A model generated the notes under the pieces. It searched no databases. It saw only the letters and a list, made by a program, of their open reading frames with translations, and was not told the origin of the DNA. Both the position numbers and the translations under genes were made by a program. Shown here piece by piece: positions 1 through 11,154 of a DNA stretch of 47,540 bases. The number at the start of each line of letters is the position of its first letter. The first letter of the stretch is position 1. Source of the DNA: Chiloscyllium plagiosum (lineage: Eukaryota); assembly GCF_004010195.1 (NCBI RefSeq), contig NC_057719.1, positions 18,988,160-19,035,699 of the forward strand, read 5' to 3'.

Positions 1-132
1 AGGTGGGGCCAATGCAGTCATCAATGTAGCGGAGGAAGAGGTGGGGAGTGGTGCCGGTGTAATTACGGAAGATCAACTGCTCTACGTAGCCAACAAAGAG
101 ACAGGCATAGCTGGGGCCCATACGTGTGCCCA
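1..132 (-). mobile_element. Penelope-like element reverse transcriptase fragment (catalytic YIDD region), cut by the window edge
   Basis: The reverse strand translates to GTRMGPSYACLFVGYVEQLIFRNYTGTTPHLFLRYIDDCIG, matching the PLE RT motifs MG..(P)S.A and RYIDD. This frame is not in the ORF track. Confidence 0.85.
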
Positions 133-472
133 GACATCCTGTTGTCAGGTGTATAGAAAATGGAAGAGTGCTGAACTCCTCACAGTTCTTCAAGAAGATT
201 TTCATTATAGTGAATTTTCGAAAAAAACAGTGATCTCAGAAACAGAAGATAATTGTAAATGATTATGGAAAGTTGATGTAAGGTTCTTGGAGTTCCTCAT
301 ATTTGCTTAACTGTAATTAACAGCATACTCTTGGAATGCATGAAGTTGTGTTGTTTTTTGCCTTTCCCTCCCTGGGCCTGGGGAATGAAATAGGTGGCGG
401 ACAGCTAGGCATGAAGCCAACTGAAGAACAGAGTGACTCATGGGCGCTGATGACTTTTGCTCATTCTTGGTA

Positions 473-870
473 GAGTTAGAAGATCCTTTATCCGAAATGC
501 TTGGGACCAGCTGTTTTTCAGAATTTGGAATTTTTCGGTTTTCAGAATAGTGACAGTTTAATGGTGAAATTTTTAAAAATCTGACCAGAGAAGCAGACTC
601 CAAAGTAAGAACGTGCTTGGCCATACCCCCCCTCACGTTGCATCGAGTGGATGTCGACTTGGGGGCTTTCACAGAGAAACCCCAGGCCTGTTGGTTCTTG
701 GCCATGCCCGCTCACGTCGCATCTGAGTGACACACATCGAGTGGGTGTCGACTTGGGTTAACTGTTTGCTCGCCAAACAACCTTGTTAGTGAGAAAAAAA
801 TTTCACAAAAAACTTTCGGATTTCGGAGCTTTTCGGTTTTTGGATGTTCAGATAAACGGTCTTCCACCTG
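473..870. mobile_element. Non-autonomous Tc1/mariner (pogo/Tigger) MITE, Tigger4/MER46-like
   Basis: TA on both sides (471-472, 871-872). Imperfect ~25 bp TIRs: GAGTTAGAAGATCCTTTATCCGAA vs reverse complement of the right end CAGGTGGAAGACCGTTTATCTGAA. Subterminal TTTCGG repeats. TTATCCGAAATGCTTGGGACCAG matches my recollection of the Tigger4a end. Internal imperfect direct repeat ~618-665/698-757. Confidence 0.75.
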
Positions 871-936
871 TACAACAAAAATAAAGATGTTGACTCCGAA
901 ACATAATCCATTTGTGAAATACCACCTTCGAGATAA

Positions 937-1244
937 TAGATTAGATTACTTAGTGTGGAAACAGGCCCTTCGGCCCAACAAGTCCACACCGACCTACCGA
1001 AGCGCAACCCACCCATACCCCTACATTTACCCCTTACCTAACACTACAGGCAATTTAGCATGGCCAATTCACCTGACCTGCACATCTTTGGACTGTGGGA
1101 GGAAACCGGAGCACTCGGAGGAAACCCACGCAGACACGGGGAGAATGTGCAAACTCCACACAGTCAGTCGCCTGAGGCGGGAATTGAACCCAGGTCTCTG
1201 GCGTGTGAGACAGCAGTGCTAACCACTGTGCCACCGTGCTGCCC
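937..1244 (-). mobile_element. HE1-type tRNA-derived V-SINE, full length
   Basis: On the minus strand: tRNA-like head (GGGCAGCACGGTGGCACAGTGGTTAGC...GGGTTCAATTCC, A/B boxes), V-domain (CTGTGTGGAGTTTGCACATTCTCCCCGTGTCTGCGTGGGTTTCCTCC), CR1-like tail and (TAATC)n end. Near-identical to copies at 10836 and 14497. Confidence 0.92.
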
Positions 1245-1245
1245 A

Positions 1246-1969
1246 TTGTGAGAATGACTAAGCATTCCGAGTTAGCATAGGATGATTTGGAATTATCGGG
1301 GCAGGTGGGAGGGATTAGGGTGGTAGGTGGCTAGAGAACGTAACAGCCTCTGATACAACTGGAACAGAGTCCCAGAAAACAGATGGGCATTCTAACCAGC
1401 ACACCTCAGCATGCACCCACCTCTATGGCCTCTAATGATCTATTTCTGGGTTTGGTGGTTCAAAACTCTACCCGTCCCCGGTGGGTGAAAATTGTCTGCA
1501 ATGAGGTCTTTTAAAGAAATATGGATCTGCAAAGTCAGGGAGTTTTGCAACTCAATTGGCTGTTATGCTGTTGTAATTTTCAATTTCCCGACTATATCCA
1601 CATAGATATAGTGACCAAGAGAGATTACTCATGCAGGTCTTTTTGGTGAAGTTTACTTACTACCGAGACAGGCCAATTGAGTTGCAAAACTCCCTGACTT
1701 TGCAGATCCATATTTCTTTAAAAGACCTCATTGCAGACAATTTTCACCCACCGGGGACGGGTAAAGTTTTGAACCACCAAACCCAGAAATAGATCATTAG
1801 AGGCCATAGAGGTGGGTGCATGCTGAGGTGTGCTGGTTAGAATGCCCATCTGTTTTCTGGGACTCTGTTCCAGTTGTTCTCTAGCCACCTACCACCCTAA
1901 TCCCTCCCACCTGCCCCAATAATTCCAAATCATCCTATGCTAACTCGGAATGCTTAGTCATTCTCACAA
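1246..1969. repeat. Long near-perfect inverted repeat (arms 1246-1560 and 1672-1969, 111 bp spacer)
   Basis: The arms are reverse complements. I see two substitutions and one 17 bp indel (GTAACAGCCTCTGATAC, left arm only). Confidence 0.95.
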
Positions 1970-2077
1970 CTCCAATCCCACCTTCCTGACCACTCAACAA
2001 GCACCCACCATGAGCAGATTCAATGGGCTGTGTGCCTACAAAAATAAATTCATGCTACTACACATATGTCAATGAAA

Positions 2078-2410
2078 GGGAAGATGATGGCCTGTTAATC
2101 CAGAGACCCTGGTAATATTCAGGGCACCGGGTTCAAATCCTGCTCTGACAGGCAGTGGAATTTGAATTCAATAAAACAAAATCTGGAATTAAGAATCTAA
2201 TGATGACCATGAGTTCATTGTTGATTATCAGGAAAAACCCATCTGGTTGTCCTTTAGGGAAAGAAACTGCCATCCTTATCTAATCTTGCCAACATGTAAC
2301 TCCAGACCTTCAGCAATGTGGTCGACGATTAACTACCCTCTGGGCAATTAGGGATGTGCAATAAATGCTGGCCTGGCCAATGATGCCCACATCTGTGAAT
2401 TAATTAAAAA
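2078..2410 (+). mobile_element. tRNA-derived SINE, SacSINE1/Deu-SINE-like, with L2-like LINE tail
   Basis: B-box GGGTTCAAATCC near 2129. The tail GGGCAATTAGGGATGTGCAATAAATGCTGGCCTGGCCAATGATGCCCACATC matches the LINE 3' end at ~39150-39200. Family name from recollection. Confidence 0.7.
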
Positions 2411-3057
2411 TAAATTCAAAGCTTTTAAATCTACTCAAGTGTTAATCTCTCATAGAATTAAACATATTTCTATTTGGATACCACATAAAAGACAGTAAAT
2501 CCTTTAATAGCCTCTTCAAATTATCCATCAAACTGTAAAGTCAAAAAAACTCTTGCTGAAATAATTGTTGCTTTTGAAATTCGGCCAAACCATCATTTCA
2601 TAATGACACAGTACTAGCCCTAGGAAAAGTCAACAAAGACCTCTTTCTAATCTGCATAACCAATTGATAATTTTTTTTTCCAACTGACACGAGATGATCT
2701 GCCAATAAAAGCAGTCCGGCAAAGGGTTTTTCTTAAAACAAACCTGTACTGATAGCTTCGGCCTTTTACTCATATTTAAAGAGCAGGGGATTTAAACAAA
2801 AATCAGTTCCTAACACCTTTCAAAGCCATTTGCATTTATTGTATAAATTTGTGAGATTTATACTGCATTTAGAGCAGCCAGAAAGGGGTCTGTCTGAAAT
2901 CACCTCTAAATTCAAATGACCCTGATAGGTTTGGGTAAACCCTCTTGTGTGAATCACAACCCTGTCCATTCCAGCTAGACTAAAAGCCATCAGAATTAAG
3001 GCAGGACAATGCATCTGGGTCTTGACTGCTAATTGTAGAGGCATGTAGAATGTTGTT

Positions 3058-3192
3058 CTAGATTAGAGTGGTGCTGGAAAAGCACAGTAGTTCAGACAGC
3101 ATCCGAGGAGCAGGAAAATCGACGTTTCGGTCAAAAGCCCTTCATCAAGAATAGAGACAGTGCCTGCAGGGTGAAGAGATAAATGAGAGGAG
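3058..3192 (-). mobile_element. PLE 3' terminal fragment (family A) with decayed hammerhead
   Basis: Minus strand reads TTGATGAAGGGCTTTTGACCGAAACGTC followed by the family A tail (GATGCTGTCTGAACTACTGTGCTTTTCCAGCACCACTC). Same sequence as the tail attached to the GIY-YIG ORF at 21517-22138. Confidence 0.8.
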
Positions 3193-3424
3193 GAATGTTT
3201 CCAACTCAATGATAATCCAGACTTTAGAGTACTTCATAATGCACATTGGCTCTCATTTTTATAACCAAGAGATACCACAGCCCTATGACAACCACTGTTC
3301 CAAATCCACAGTCTTCTAGATGTACCTCAGCTGAAAGCTGGGTCCAAGGTCTGGAATGCAAATGATTAAGCTATCACAGTAAAGCTATTTATTTAAAATC
3401 CAATGCAAGTAATGCCTTGGGAAA

Positions 3425-3585
3425 TGAAAACAAGAAATGATGGAAATACTCAGCAGATTAGGTAGCACTTGTGGAGAGACATAGAGTCAGCATTTCAGGG
3501 TGGTGACTTTTTAACAGAATCAGGCTTTATCAAGAGTCTATTGAAAGGTCATCAACCTGAAATATTAACCATGTATCTCTCTCAA
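3425..3585. mobile_element. Degenerate foldback PLE-derived element (family B)
   Basis: GAAATACTCAGCAGATTAGGTAGCACTTGTGGAGAGA followed by a partial inverted arm (AGGTCATCAACCTGAAATATTAAC...CTCTC). Homologous to 9204-9391 and 36055-36245. Confidence 0.55.
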
Positions 3586-3603
3586 TGTCAATTTTCATAA
3601 TAT

Positions 3604-3788
3604 CCCATGTGGTTTACTCAGCCCCTTTAGAGAGCAAACTGCTATCCTTACCTGGTCTGGCCTACATGTGACTCCAGACCCACAGCAATTGTAGTTGATT
3701 GACTCATAACTGCCCGCCTGGGCTATTAGGGGTGGACATTAACTGCTGGTTATCCAGTGACACCCATATCGTATGAATGAATTAAAAA
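3604..3788 (+). mobile_element. 3' half of a SacSINE1-like SINE
   Basis: CCTTACCTGGTCTGGCCTACATGTGACTCCAGACCCACAGCAAT plus tail; homologous to 2270-2410. Confidence 0.65.
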
Positions 3789-5441
3789 TACACTATTTTT
3801 GATATTTTGATAAATTTCACAACCATAACCATCCATTAAATATGCAAATCTTCAGAACTCTTTTCCTCTTCAAGGAGAAATTTGATCCTTACTAAATCTC
3901 CTAAATTTCATGTTGGTGATTTGATATTGCAGCTGGTTCTAAAAATAGATCTCCCTCAGTGAGGATCATTAATATTTAAACCCCAAAACTGTGTATATGA
4001 TAACAACAATGGCAGAGGTGAAAAAGATAAATGCTGTGAATCAGGTATGGACTACTGGAAATATATAGCAGCCACCTTACCATTTCAGGGATAAAGGGTT
4101 AACCTATTGAATTGATACTGATCATCACAACTGCATTCATCCTTAGGATATCTATTGACAAGAAATGTTCACAGCATAGTAGTTCATTATTTCCTCCAGC
4201 CTGACTCCCTTAAGCACTACAGCCAAATAATCTCATCACATTCCCTGTCATTATTTCCTCGGAGCAGCCTTGCCCTATTTTCATATATCAACCCCTTTTC
4301 AAAACTAAATAAAACATCCCATCCCTTATCACCATCTCACCTGTAGCTCCATTTTCCTCTCATGGGATATGGGCACCATTGGCAACTGAATGGCAGAGCA
4401 GACTCAATGGACTGAATGGCCCAATTTATGTTCCTATGTCTTGTGGTCTTATGGTCTGATTGAATTTAAGTTCTAGCAGCTAATATGATTGGATTTGAAT
4501 CAAATTGTGTCTATAGTATTATTGAGGCGTATTGATTGCAAGTCCAGGGACATCCCCACTACCCCACCATCTCCTGTCATCTTTGCTGTGGATGTGTCAC
4601 TGCTACCTAATTCTGTTTTCCCATCTACCCCCCTCCACCCAAACTAAAACACCCACCATTGCCACCCCAACCCTTTATCCATCAACATCAAAACAAATAC
4701 CTTTGTTTATAACACCCTCCATTGCCTCTACAATTTGTTGGATTTAGATTTTACTCTCGACCTCTGGTCAACTGCTCATTCTCCTCTCCCTCTGTTTTGC
4801 AATTATTTGCAAAGCCTTCAACTCCAGTTTAAGCTAATCCCCCTAAACTGGGCGTTAGCACCAATTGATTGTGAGTAAATTGGGATATTCTGCAACTTTT
4901 GACGATCTGAAATTCAGAGAGACAGAAGGGAGTTTGGATAGGATTCTTCTTACTTCCTGTTGTAACTTTGGTGGACGACTGACAGAAATGCCAAAGAAAC
5001 ATCTGCTTACACTATTTCTCTGCAGGTTCTGCCAATCTCACAAGAAATGTGATGCCATTGATCACAAAATGTTTTTACGCACTTGCAAGCCACTTTATTA
5101 ATTGTCGTTATTGCTGATTAGTTGCCATTTTGTGCTAACAAATGCAGAATATCTCCTTGCAAAAAGATCCTAATGTTTGTAAGATGTTTTTTGACTTAAG
5201 TTTTTTTAATCCAAAACAAATAAGATATATTTCACAACATTTAATGGGATGTTTACAAACAAAGATATTTCTTGGTAGATTGTGAATGAATCCTGAAATG
5301 ACTTAGTAACAAGAAGTAGCAGGGTAATGTAGTTAGCTGCTTCTTGATTTAATCATTTAACAGCATTCGTAACTATCTCACGTTCTGAATGCTAACATTT
5401 TCTAATAGATTGATAGAATGTTTATCATTTTTTCAATTAGT

Positions 5442-6153
5442 ATAGTCATAGAGTTATACAGCACAGAAACAGACCCTTCAATCCAACCAGTCCCAGCCAT
5501 GCATAATTCCAATTAAACTAGTCCCACTGCCTGCTCCTGGCTTATATCCCTCCAGACCTTTCTTATTCATGTACTTATCCTAATGTCTTTTAGGGGTGGT
5601 ACATGTATGGAATGAGCTGCCAGAGGAAGTGGTGGAGGCTGGTACAATTGCAACATTTGAAAGGAATCTGGATGGGTATATGAATAGGAAGGGTTTGGAG
5701 GGATTTGGGCCAGTGGTGACAGGCGGGACTAGATTGGGTTGGGATACCTGGTCGGCATAGACGAGTTGGACCAAAGGGTTTGTTTCTGTGCTGTACATCT
5801 CTATGACTCTATGACTCAGGGAGTTCATTTCACACATGAACCATCCTCTGTGTAAAAAAAGTTGCCCTCATGTCTTTGTTAAATCTGTCTCCTCTGACCT
5901 TAAAAACTTGCCACTTAGTTTTGAAATTCTCCATCCTAGGAAAAAGACAACCACCATTAATTATTATCTAAATGCCTTATTATTTTATGAACATTTATAA
6001 GATCTCCTTTCAATCTCCTAAATTCCAGTGAAAGAAGTCCCAGCTATCCAGCCTTTCTTTATTACTCAAACCTCCATACCTGGCAACATCCTGATAAATG
6101 TCTCCTGAATGCTCTCTGACTTAATAATATCCTTCCTATAACTGGATGAACAG
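5442..6153 (-). mobile_element. CR1 LINE 3' fragment, interrupted by an opposite-strand HER1 fragment
   Basis: Minus-strand (CTATGA)n-type tail at 5442; CR1 ORF2 C-terminal homology resumes at 5818-6153. Confidence 0.75.
5593..5817 (+). mobile_element. HER1-type CR1 LINE 3' end
   Basis: Encodes VWNELPEEVVEAGTIATFERNLDGYMNRKGLEG and ends in CTCTATGACTCTATGACTC. Confidence 0.88.
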
Positions 6154-7194
6154 TTTGAGTTTCTTCTGTAAATATGTTCAAAATTCAGTGAGACCTATCT
6201 CATGAGGAAATTACAATCAATTTCCATACAAACAGTGGAATTTTCTGACTTTTATATCAATGATTTAGTGGAATTCATGTTTCATGTGTCTATGCCATTT
6301 GTACATCACCTTGCATCCTGTTTGCCCTTTCGCCTCGAACAAGACTATTTGCATTTGGTGCCTGTCCTGAAGCTGATAAAGCAATGAAGCATCCACCTCC
6401 AAATTATCTACTCCAAAATGCTTAAGAAACCAAAGCATACGCACAAAGTCTGTTGAAACACCAATGTAATTCAACATCTAAACTCTTGTTATTGTATATT
6501 TTAAAACCATAGGCAGGAATAATGTTATTTTCATAAATAGAAATTTAGTGCTTGCCATTTTAGGTGGTGGGGAACATATATGTGATAAGAAAACATCAAA
6601 ATTATGTATATGAATATATATATATTCCTGCATATATACAACATAGTACATTGAAATTTAATATCCATAAATTATAATAGATCTACAAGGGAATGATAGA
6701 TTAGTGCTACCAATATAAGCAACAGAATGCAACATAAATGATACAATATTATAAACTACATTTTGAATTGCATTATATAAAATGCAATCTGAATTCTCTA
6801 CATTTATAATTAAGCTTTAAGATAATCAATTGATAATAGAAAGTCATTGAAGAGCCAAATCACACTTGAAGCAGAAAGATAAATTCTGGGAAGTGAAATG
6901 GAATCAAGAGACAAAGATCACGGTGACAAAGTTAGCTCAAAAAAATGTGAAATAGGTTATTTAATATAAGCTGCAATGTAAAACAATCATCAGTGCACAT
7001 GACAGAACAATAGATATCCTTCACTGCCGGAGAACATTCTAAAATATGGTCTATAGATTGCAGGGGATTTGCAGGCTGTGTAATTGAACCTCTCCAGGCC
7101 AGTCATTGTATTTTTTATTCCAATTTCAATCCTGTGCTCTGCTCTGTGTGCTCATCAAGCACCAGAGTCAGTATTCGACCCTGGGGACCAGACT

Positions 7195-7320
7195 GTGCTT
7201 CTATATGCAAATGCAGCTGCACCTGGGCAGCAAAGCAAGCCTGCACATAGTTTAGCTATGCTAATCTGATTGATCGAAAGCATATTGCAGAACACACGCA
7301 GGCCAGAGATAAGAAGAGCC
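7195..7320. promoter_or_regulatory. Candidate enhancer core (octamer + tandem E-boxes + Pbx/Hox-type site)
   Basis: ATGCAAAT 7205-7212, CAGCTG 7214-7219, CACCTG 7220-7225, ATGCTAAT 7258-7265, TGATTGAT 7267-7274, in sequence with no recognisable repeat. Motif evidence only. Confidence 0.35.
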
Positions 7321-8151
7321 ATTTTTCAAAAAAAAAACGGGAGCTGGTTGAAAGGGAAACCATTGCAGGGAGAAAGGAATTCCAGCCTTTGGATTTCGTC
7401 GGGATGGATTCTTTATTGCAAGGATTATACTGATTGTAAATCCTCATAATTGAATTATTGTTATTATCTAATAAGAATCAATTGGCAGAGTATATATACC
7501 GTGGAACAAGATAAATACAATTTACTGAACGTTATTGTCTAAAATAACATCCAATGGTAAATAATTTCAATAATAAAGAAAGAACAATCAGACAGTATAC
7601 ATAATCTTAAAATGTGGACATTGTATGCAACCTCCTATTTTGTTTAGCTTTGTGTGAGTGGAAAATGATACAAATTGAATTTGTAGCAGTCTCATAGAGC
7701 TAGAGAGTTAACGTTAAGACCATAGCATCATTTTTGGTTTTTTAACTTTATTTCTTCTACTTTTTCGGCTCCATAAGTCAGTCTGCTCAGAGGCTTCCAT
7801 CAATGATACTAGAAAATGATCAGGCGTTGTGCAAGACATTCCATACAGATAAACTTAAACTCCTTTTGACTCCTCTATTTCATGGCACAGACCAGAACTG
7901 GGAGCATGCCATGCAGGGAATCATCGACGTTAACTCACATAGCCCCGATCTGTGCAACGTCATATTAGTTTCGATCAGCCTGATGCATAACACGTTGCCA
8001 TCAATAAAGCATATTGTGGGAGGTTTTAGTTTTAAAATAATCATACAAATCCTCAGTCTCATGATATGAGAAGGTGGGAGTGAACAGGAGAGGATGATTG
8101 AAGTAAATGACTTGCAGGGAAAAGTGCTCACACAAACTCACTGAATAGCTC

Positions 8152-8500
8152 CTGAAAACAAAAAGTGCTGGGGATGACGATGGAGAGATCAAACAAACGT
8201 TCCAAGTCTCAATGACTCTTCATCAGATTTGAAGTGAGGTGTAGAAGGGGCAGCTTTTATGCAATAGTTGGGGGGGTGGGGGGTGGGGGGCGGGGATGGA
8301 GTGGATTGCTGGGGCAAAAAGGCCGATGATAGTTCAGATTAAATGATCGGAATGTGAGAATGGCAGAACAATGGTGCATCTAACTGCCAAACAGGAAAGA
8401 ACAGATAGTCCAACTGGTGTGGGGCAAGGGGAAAGAGGGTGACAGAGAAAACACCAAGTTAAAAGAATGCTAAAAGATTCCAGCATCTGCAGTAATTTTC
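8152..8500 (-). mobile_element. Old PLE 3' region (family B-related) with decayed hammerhead
   Basis: Minus strand CTGATGAAGAGTCATTGAGACTTGGAACGTT at ~8196-8226; adjacent G-rich tract like other PLE 3' regions here; TTCCAGCATCTGCAGTA terminus near 8480. Confidence 0.55.
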
Positions 8501-9701
8501 TCCCCCTGGACCAAATGGCTAGTTGCTAAACTGTTAAATTTCAGACTGATCATAGCACCTTCCACTTTAGTTTGACCTTCCCCTCAGTTAGAAAGCAATG
8601 GAACTCTTTATCTGCCTGGATCTCCTCTTCCACCATTTTATGTTCAGATTTAACATAGAATCACAGTGCAGAAGAAGGCTATTTGGCTCGTCTTGTCTGC
8701 ACTCACTCACTGAATGAGCAATTATGTCTTATTGCCACTTGCCATAGCCATGCACATTCCTTCTATTTAAATGATTATCTAATGCCCACTTGAAGGCCTT
8801 GATTGAACAAGTCCCCACCACACTTCCAGGCAGTACATTCCAGAAGCAAATTATTAACTGCACGAGAAAGTGTTTCTCACATCACATTTCATTCTTATGT
8901 ATACTGTTTTATATCTCTGCCCACTTGTTCTTGAACAGTTTCTCCCTTTCAACTTTCTCAAGGCTTCTGGTGATTTGAAAACATTAATCAAATATTTTCT
9001 TAGCTATCTTCTCTCTGAGGCAAACAGTTCCAATTCTCCAATCATTCCTGAAAACTGAAGTGTTTCATCACTGGAACTATGCACCCAGAATTGTAAACTA
9101 TAGTGCAGTTCAATTCTAATTCATGTTTATACAGGTTCCACTCAACCTCTACGCCCCTGTCGTTTATGCCCCTATTAATAAAACCTAGAACATTTAATGC
9201 TTTAAAAAAAAAGAAACTGCTGGAGAAACTCAGCAGGTTTTGGCAGCATCTGTGGAGAGAAAGCAGAGCCAACATTTTGTGTCCAGTGATCTTTCTTCAG
9301 AAGTATTTTGTTTAATTCTGAAGAAGTGTCACTGGACATAAAGTGATAGCTGCTTTCTCTGCACAGATTCCTCCAGACCTGCTGAGTTTCTGGATGTAAG
9401 TTTGTTTGCTGAGCCAGAAGGTTCATTTTGTCATATACTAGGTAGCATCATCAGTGAGCCCCCGATGAAGCACTAGTATTAGTGACCCACTTTCTATTTA
9501 TGTGTTTAGGTTTCCTTCTGTTGGTGATGTGATTTAACATAGTGATGTCAGTTCTTGTGGTGATGTCATTTCCTGTTCTTTTTCTCACCACAGGAACTGA
9601 CACCAGCATGGGAAATGACATCAACAACCCAAGGAAACCTAAACACATAAAGAGAAAGTGAGTTACTAACACCAGTGCTTCACCGGAGGCTCACTGATGA
9701 T

Positions 9702-9931
9702 GATAGGCGGAAGGGAGGACTGCAGATGCTGGGGATTAGAGTCGAGAGTGTGGTGCTGGAAAAGCACAGCAGGTCAGGCAGCATCTGAAGAGCAGGAGTG
9801 TCGATGTTTCAGGCAAAAAACCTTCATCAGGAATGAGGGCTGGTGATTCCTGATGAAGGGCTTTTGCCCGAAATGTCGACACTCCTGCTCCTCGGATGCT
9901 GCCTGACCTGCTGTGCTTTTCCAGCGCCACT
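9702..9931. mobile_element. Foldback PLE-derived element family A with 12-bp TSD
   Basis: Inverted arms around a short spacer (~9835-9845); flanked by CTCACTGATGAT at 9690-9701 and 9932-9943. Confidence 0.88.
9846..9881 (+). ncRNA. Minimal hammerhead ribozyme motif (PLE type)
   Basis: CTGATGA 9850-9856, A, stem II GGGC-TTTT-GCCC 9858-9869, GAAA 9870-9873, TGTC 9874-9877 (CpG-decayed ACGT palindrome). Confidence 0.7.
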
Positions 9932-10835
9932 CTCACTGATGATATTACCTGGTATGGTGATGAAACGTATGAAAATGAACCTTCCAGCTCAGTGAGTAAA
10001 CTTACATCCAGAACCTCAACCTGAGCTACAAATCTTCTCAAAACTCATTGCTGAGTTTCTCCAGCAATTTCTGTTTTTGCTTGTTTAAGAACTCCAGCAT
10101 TCACAGCTCTGTTTTATCTTTCATTTTATCTTGTCTCTCCATATTATTTCTCCCAAAATCTATAGTTATCCACATTGAACTTCATCGGCCCCCTATCAGA
10201 ACAATCCACAAACATCCTCAATGCCCTTTTGAAGTTCTACATTGTTCTCCTCACAGTTTACAATATTTCCAAGTTTTGTGTCATTCCACATACTTTGTAT
10301 TTTCTCATCACTCCAAGATCTAAATGGATCATGGCTGATCATCTAATTCCTGTTTTCTCGTCATACCCTTTGATGCTTTTAGCCCTTAGAGTTATATCTA
10401 ACCTATTCTTGAAAATATTCAATTTTTTGGCTTCAACTGCTTTCTGTGGCAAAGTTCCATGGACTCACTACTCCATGGGTGAAGAAATAATAAATAATGA
10501 AAAGCTAGCATCCCCATACTAACACCTGGGGAACTCCATTGCTAACCTTCCGTCCTGGTAAATTATCTTGCCACAATCCCTTTTATTCTGTGAGCAATAG
10601 CTTTTGTCATTATTCCCACATTAATTGTTTCTTCCTCCTGTATCTCATACATTCTCTCTTTCTTTGAAATATTGTCCGTCTCCCGCATTGGCCTGGCATT
10701 GGTTCTTAGCTTTCATTCACAGTTTCAATATCCACTGTGAAAGCATTGGACTCTCATACTCAAGATACCACTCAAAGCAGCATTCCAGTCTAGATTCTGA
10801 AAATTGTAATAGTCTGTTGCCAGAAAACCTATTAT

Positions 10836-11154
10836 GGGCGGCACGGTGGCACAGTGATTAGCACTGCTGCCTCACAGCGCCAGAGACCCGGGTTCAATTC
10901 CCGACTCAGGCGACTGACTGTGTGGAGTTTGCACATTCTCCCCGTGTCTGCGTGGATTTCCTCCGGGTGCTCCGGTTTCCTCCCACAGTCCAAAGATGTG
11001 CAGGTCAGGTGAATTGGCCATACTAAATTGTCCGCAGTGTTAGGTAAAAAGGGGTACATGTAGGGGTATGGGTGGGTTGTGCTTCGGCGGGGCGGTGTGG
11101 ACTTGTTGGGCTGAAGGGCCTGTTTCCACACTGTAAGTAATCTAATCTAATCTA
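10836..11154 (+). mobile_element. HE1-type V-SINE, full length
   Basis: GGGCGGCACGGTGGCACAGTGATTAGC head, GGGTTCAATTCC B-box, V-domain, (TAATC)n tail. Confidence 0.93.

Larger units (their letters stand above)
9392..10048. mobile_element. Foldback PLE-derived element family D (9392-9701 + 9932-10048) with hammerhead and 12-bp TSD
   Basis: Inverted arms ~9392-9530 vs 9620-9701+9944-10010. Flanked by TGCTGAGTTTCT at 9380-9391 and 10049-10060. HHR CTGATGA-T-ATTACC-TGGTAT-GGTGAT-GAAA-CGTA at 9936-9969. Confidence 0.8.
9204..10110. mobile_element. Foldback PLE-derived element family B (9204-9391 + 10049-10110), host of nested insertions
   Basis: Left arm GAAACTGCTGGAGAAACTCAGCAGG...TCTTCAGAA; right arm TTCTGAAGAAGTGTCACTGGAC...CAGACCTGCTGAGTTTCT, which resumes as CCAGCAATTTCTGTTTTTG after 10060. 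Confidence 0.8.
8655..10295 (-). mobile_element. Old CR1 LINE ORF2 remnant, split by the nested PLE-derived stack at 9204-10110
   Basis: 3' tail at 8655; ALNVLGFINRGI near 9170-9200; RT segment DTKLGNIVNCEENNVELQ on the minus strand at ~10230-10285. Confidence 0.7.

Noticed and set aside
10836..10910. tRNA gene-like sequence with A/B boxes (also 14497, 41733, 1170-1244)
   Set aside because: These are SINE heads that continue directly into the V-domain and LINE-like tail.
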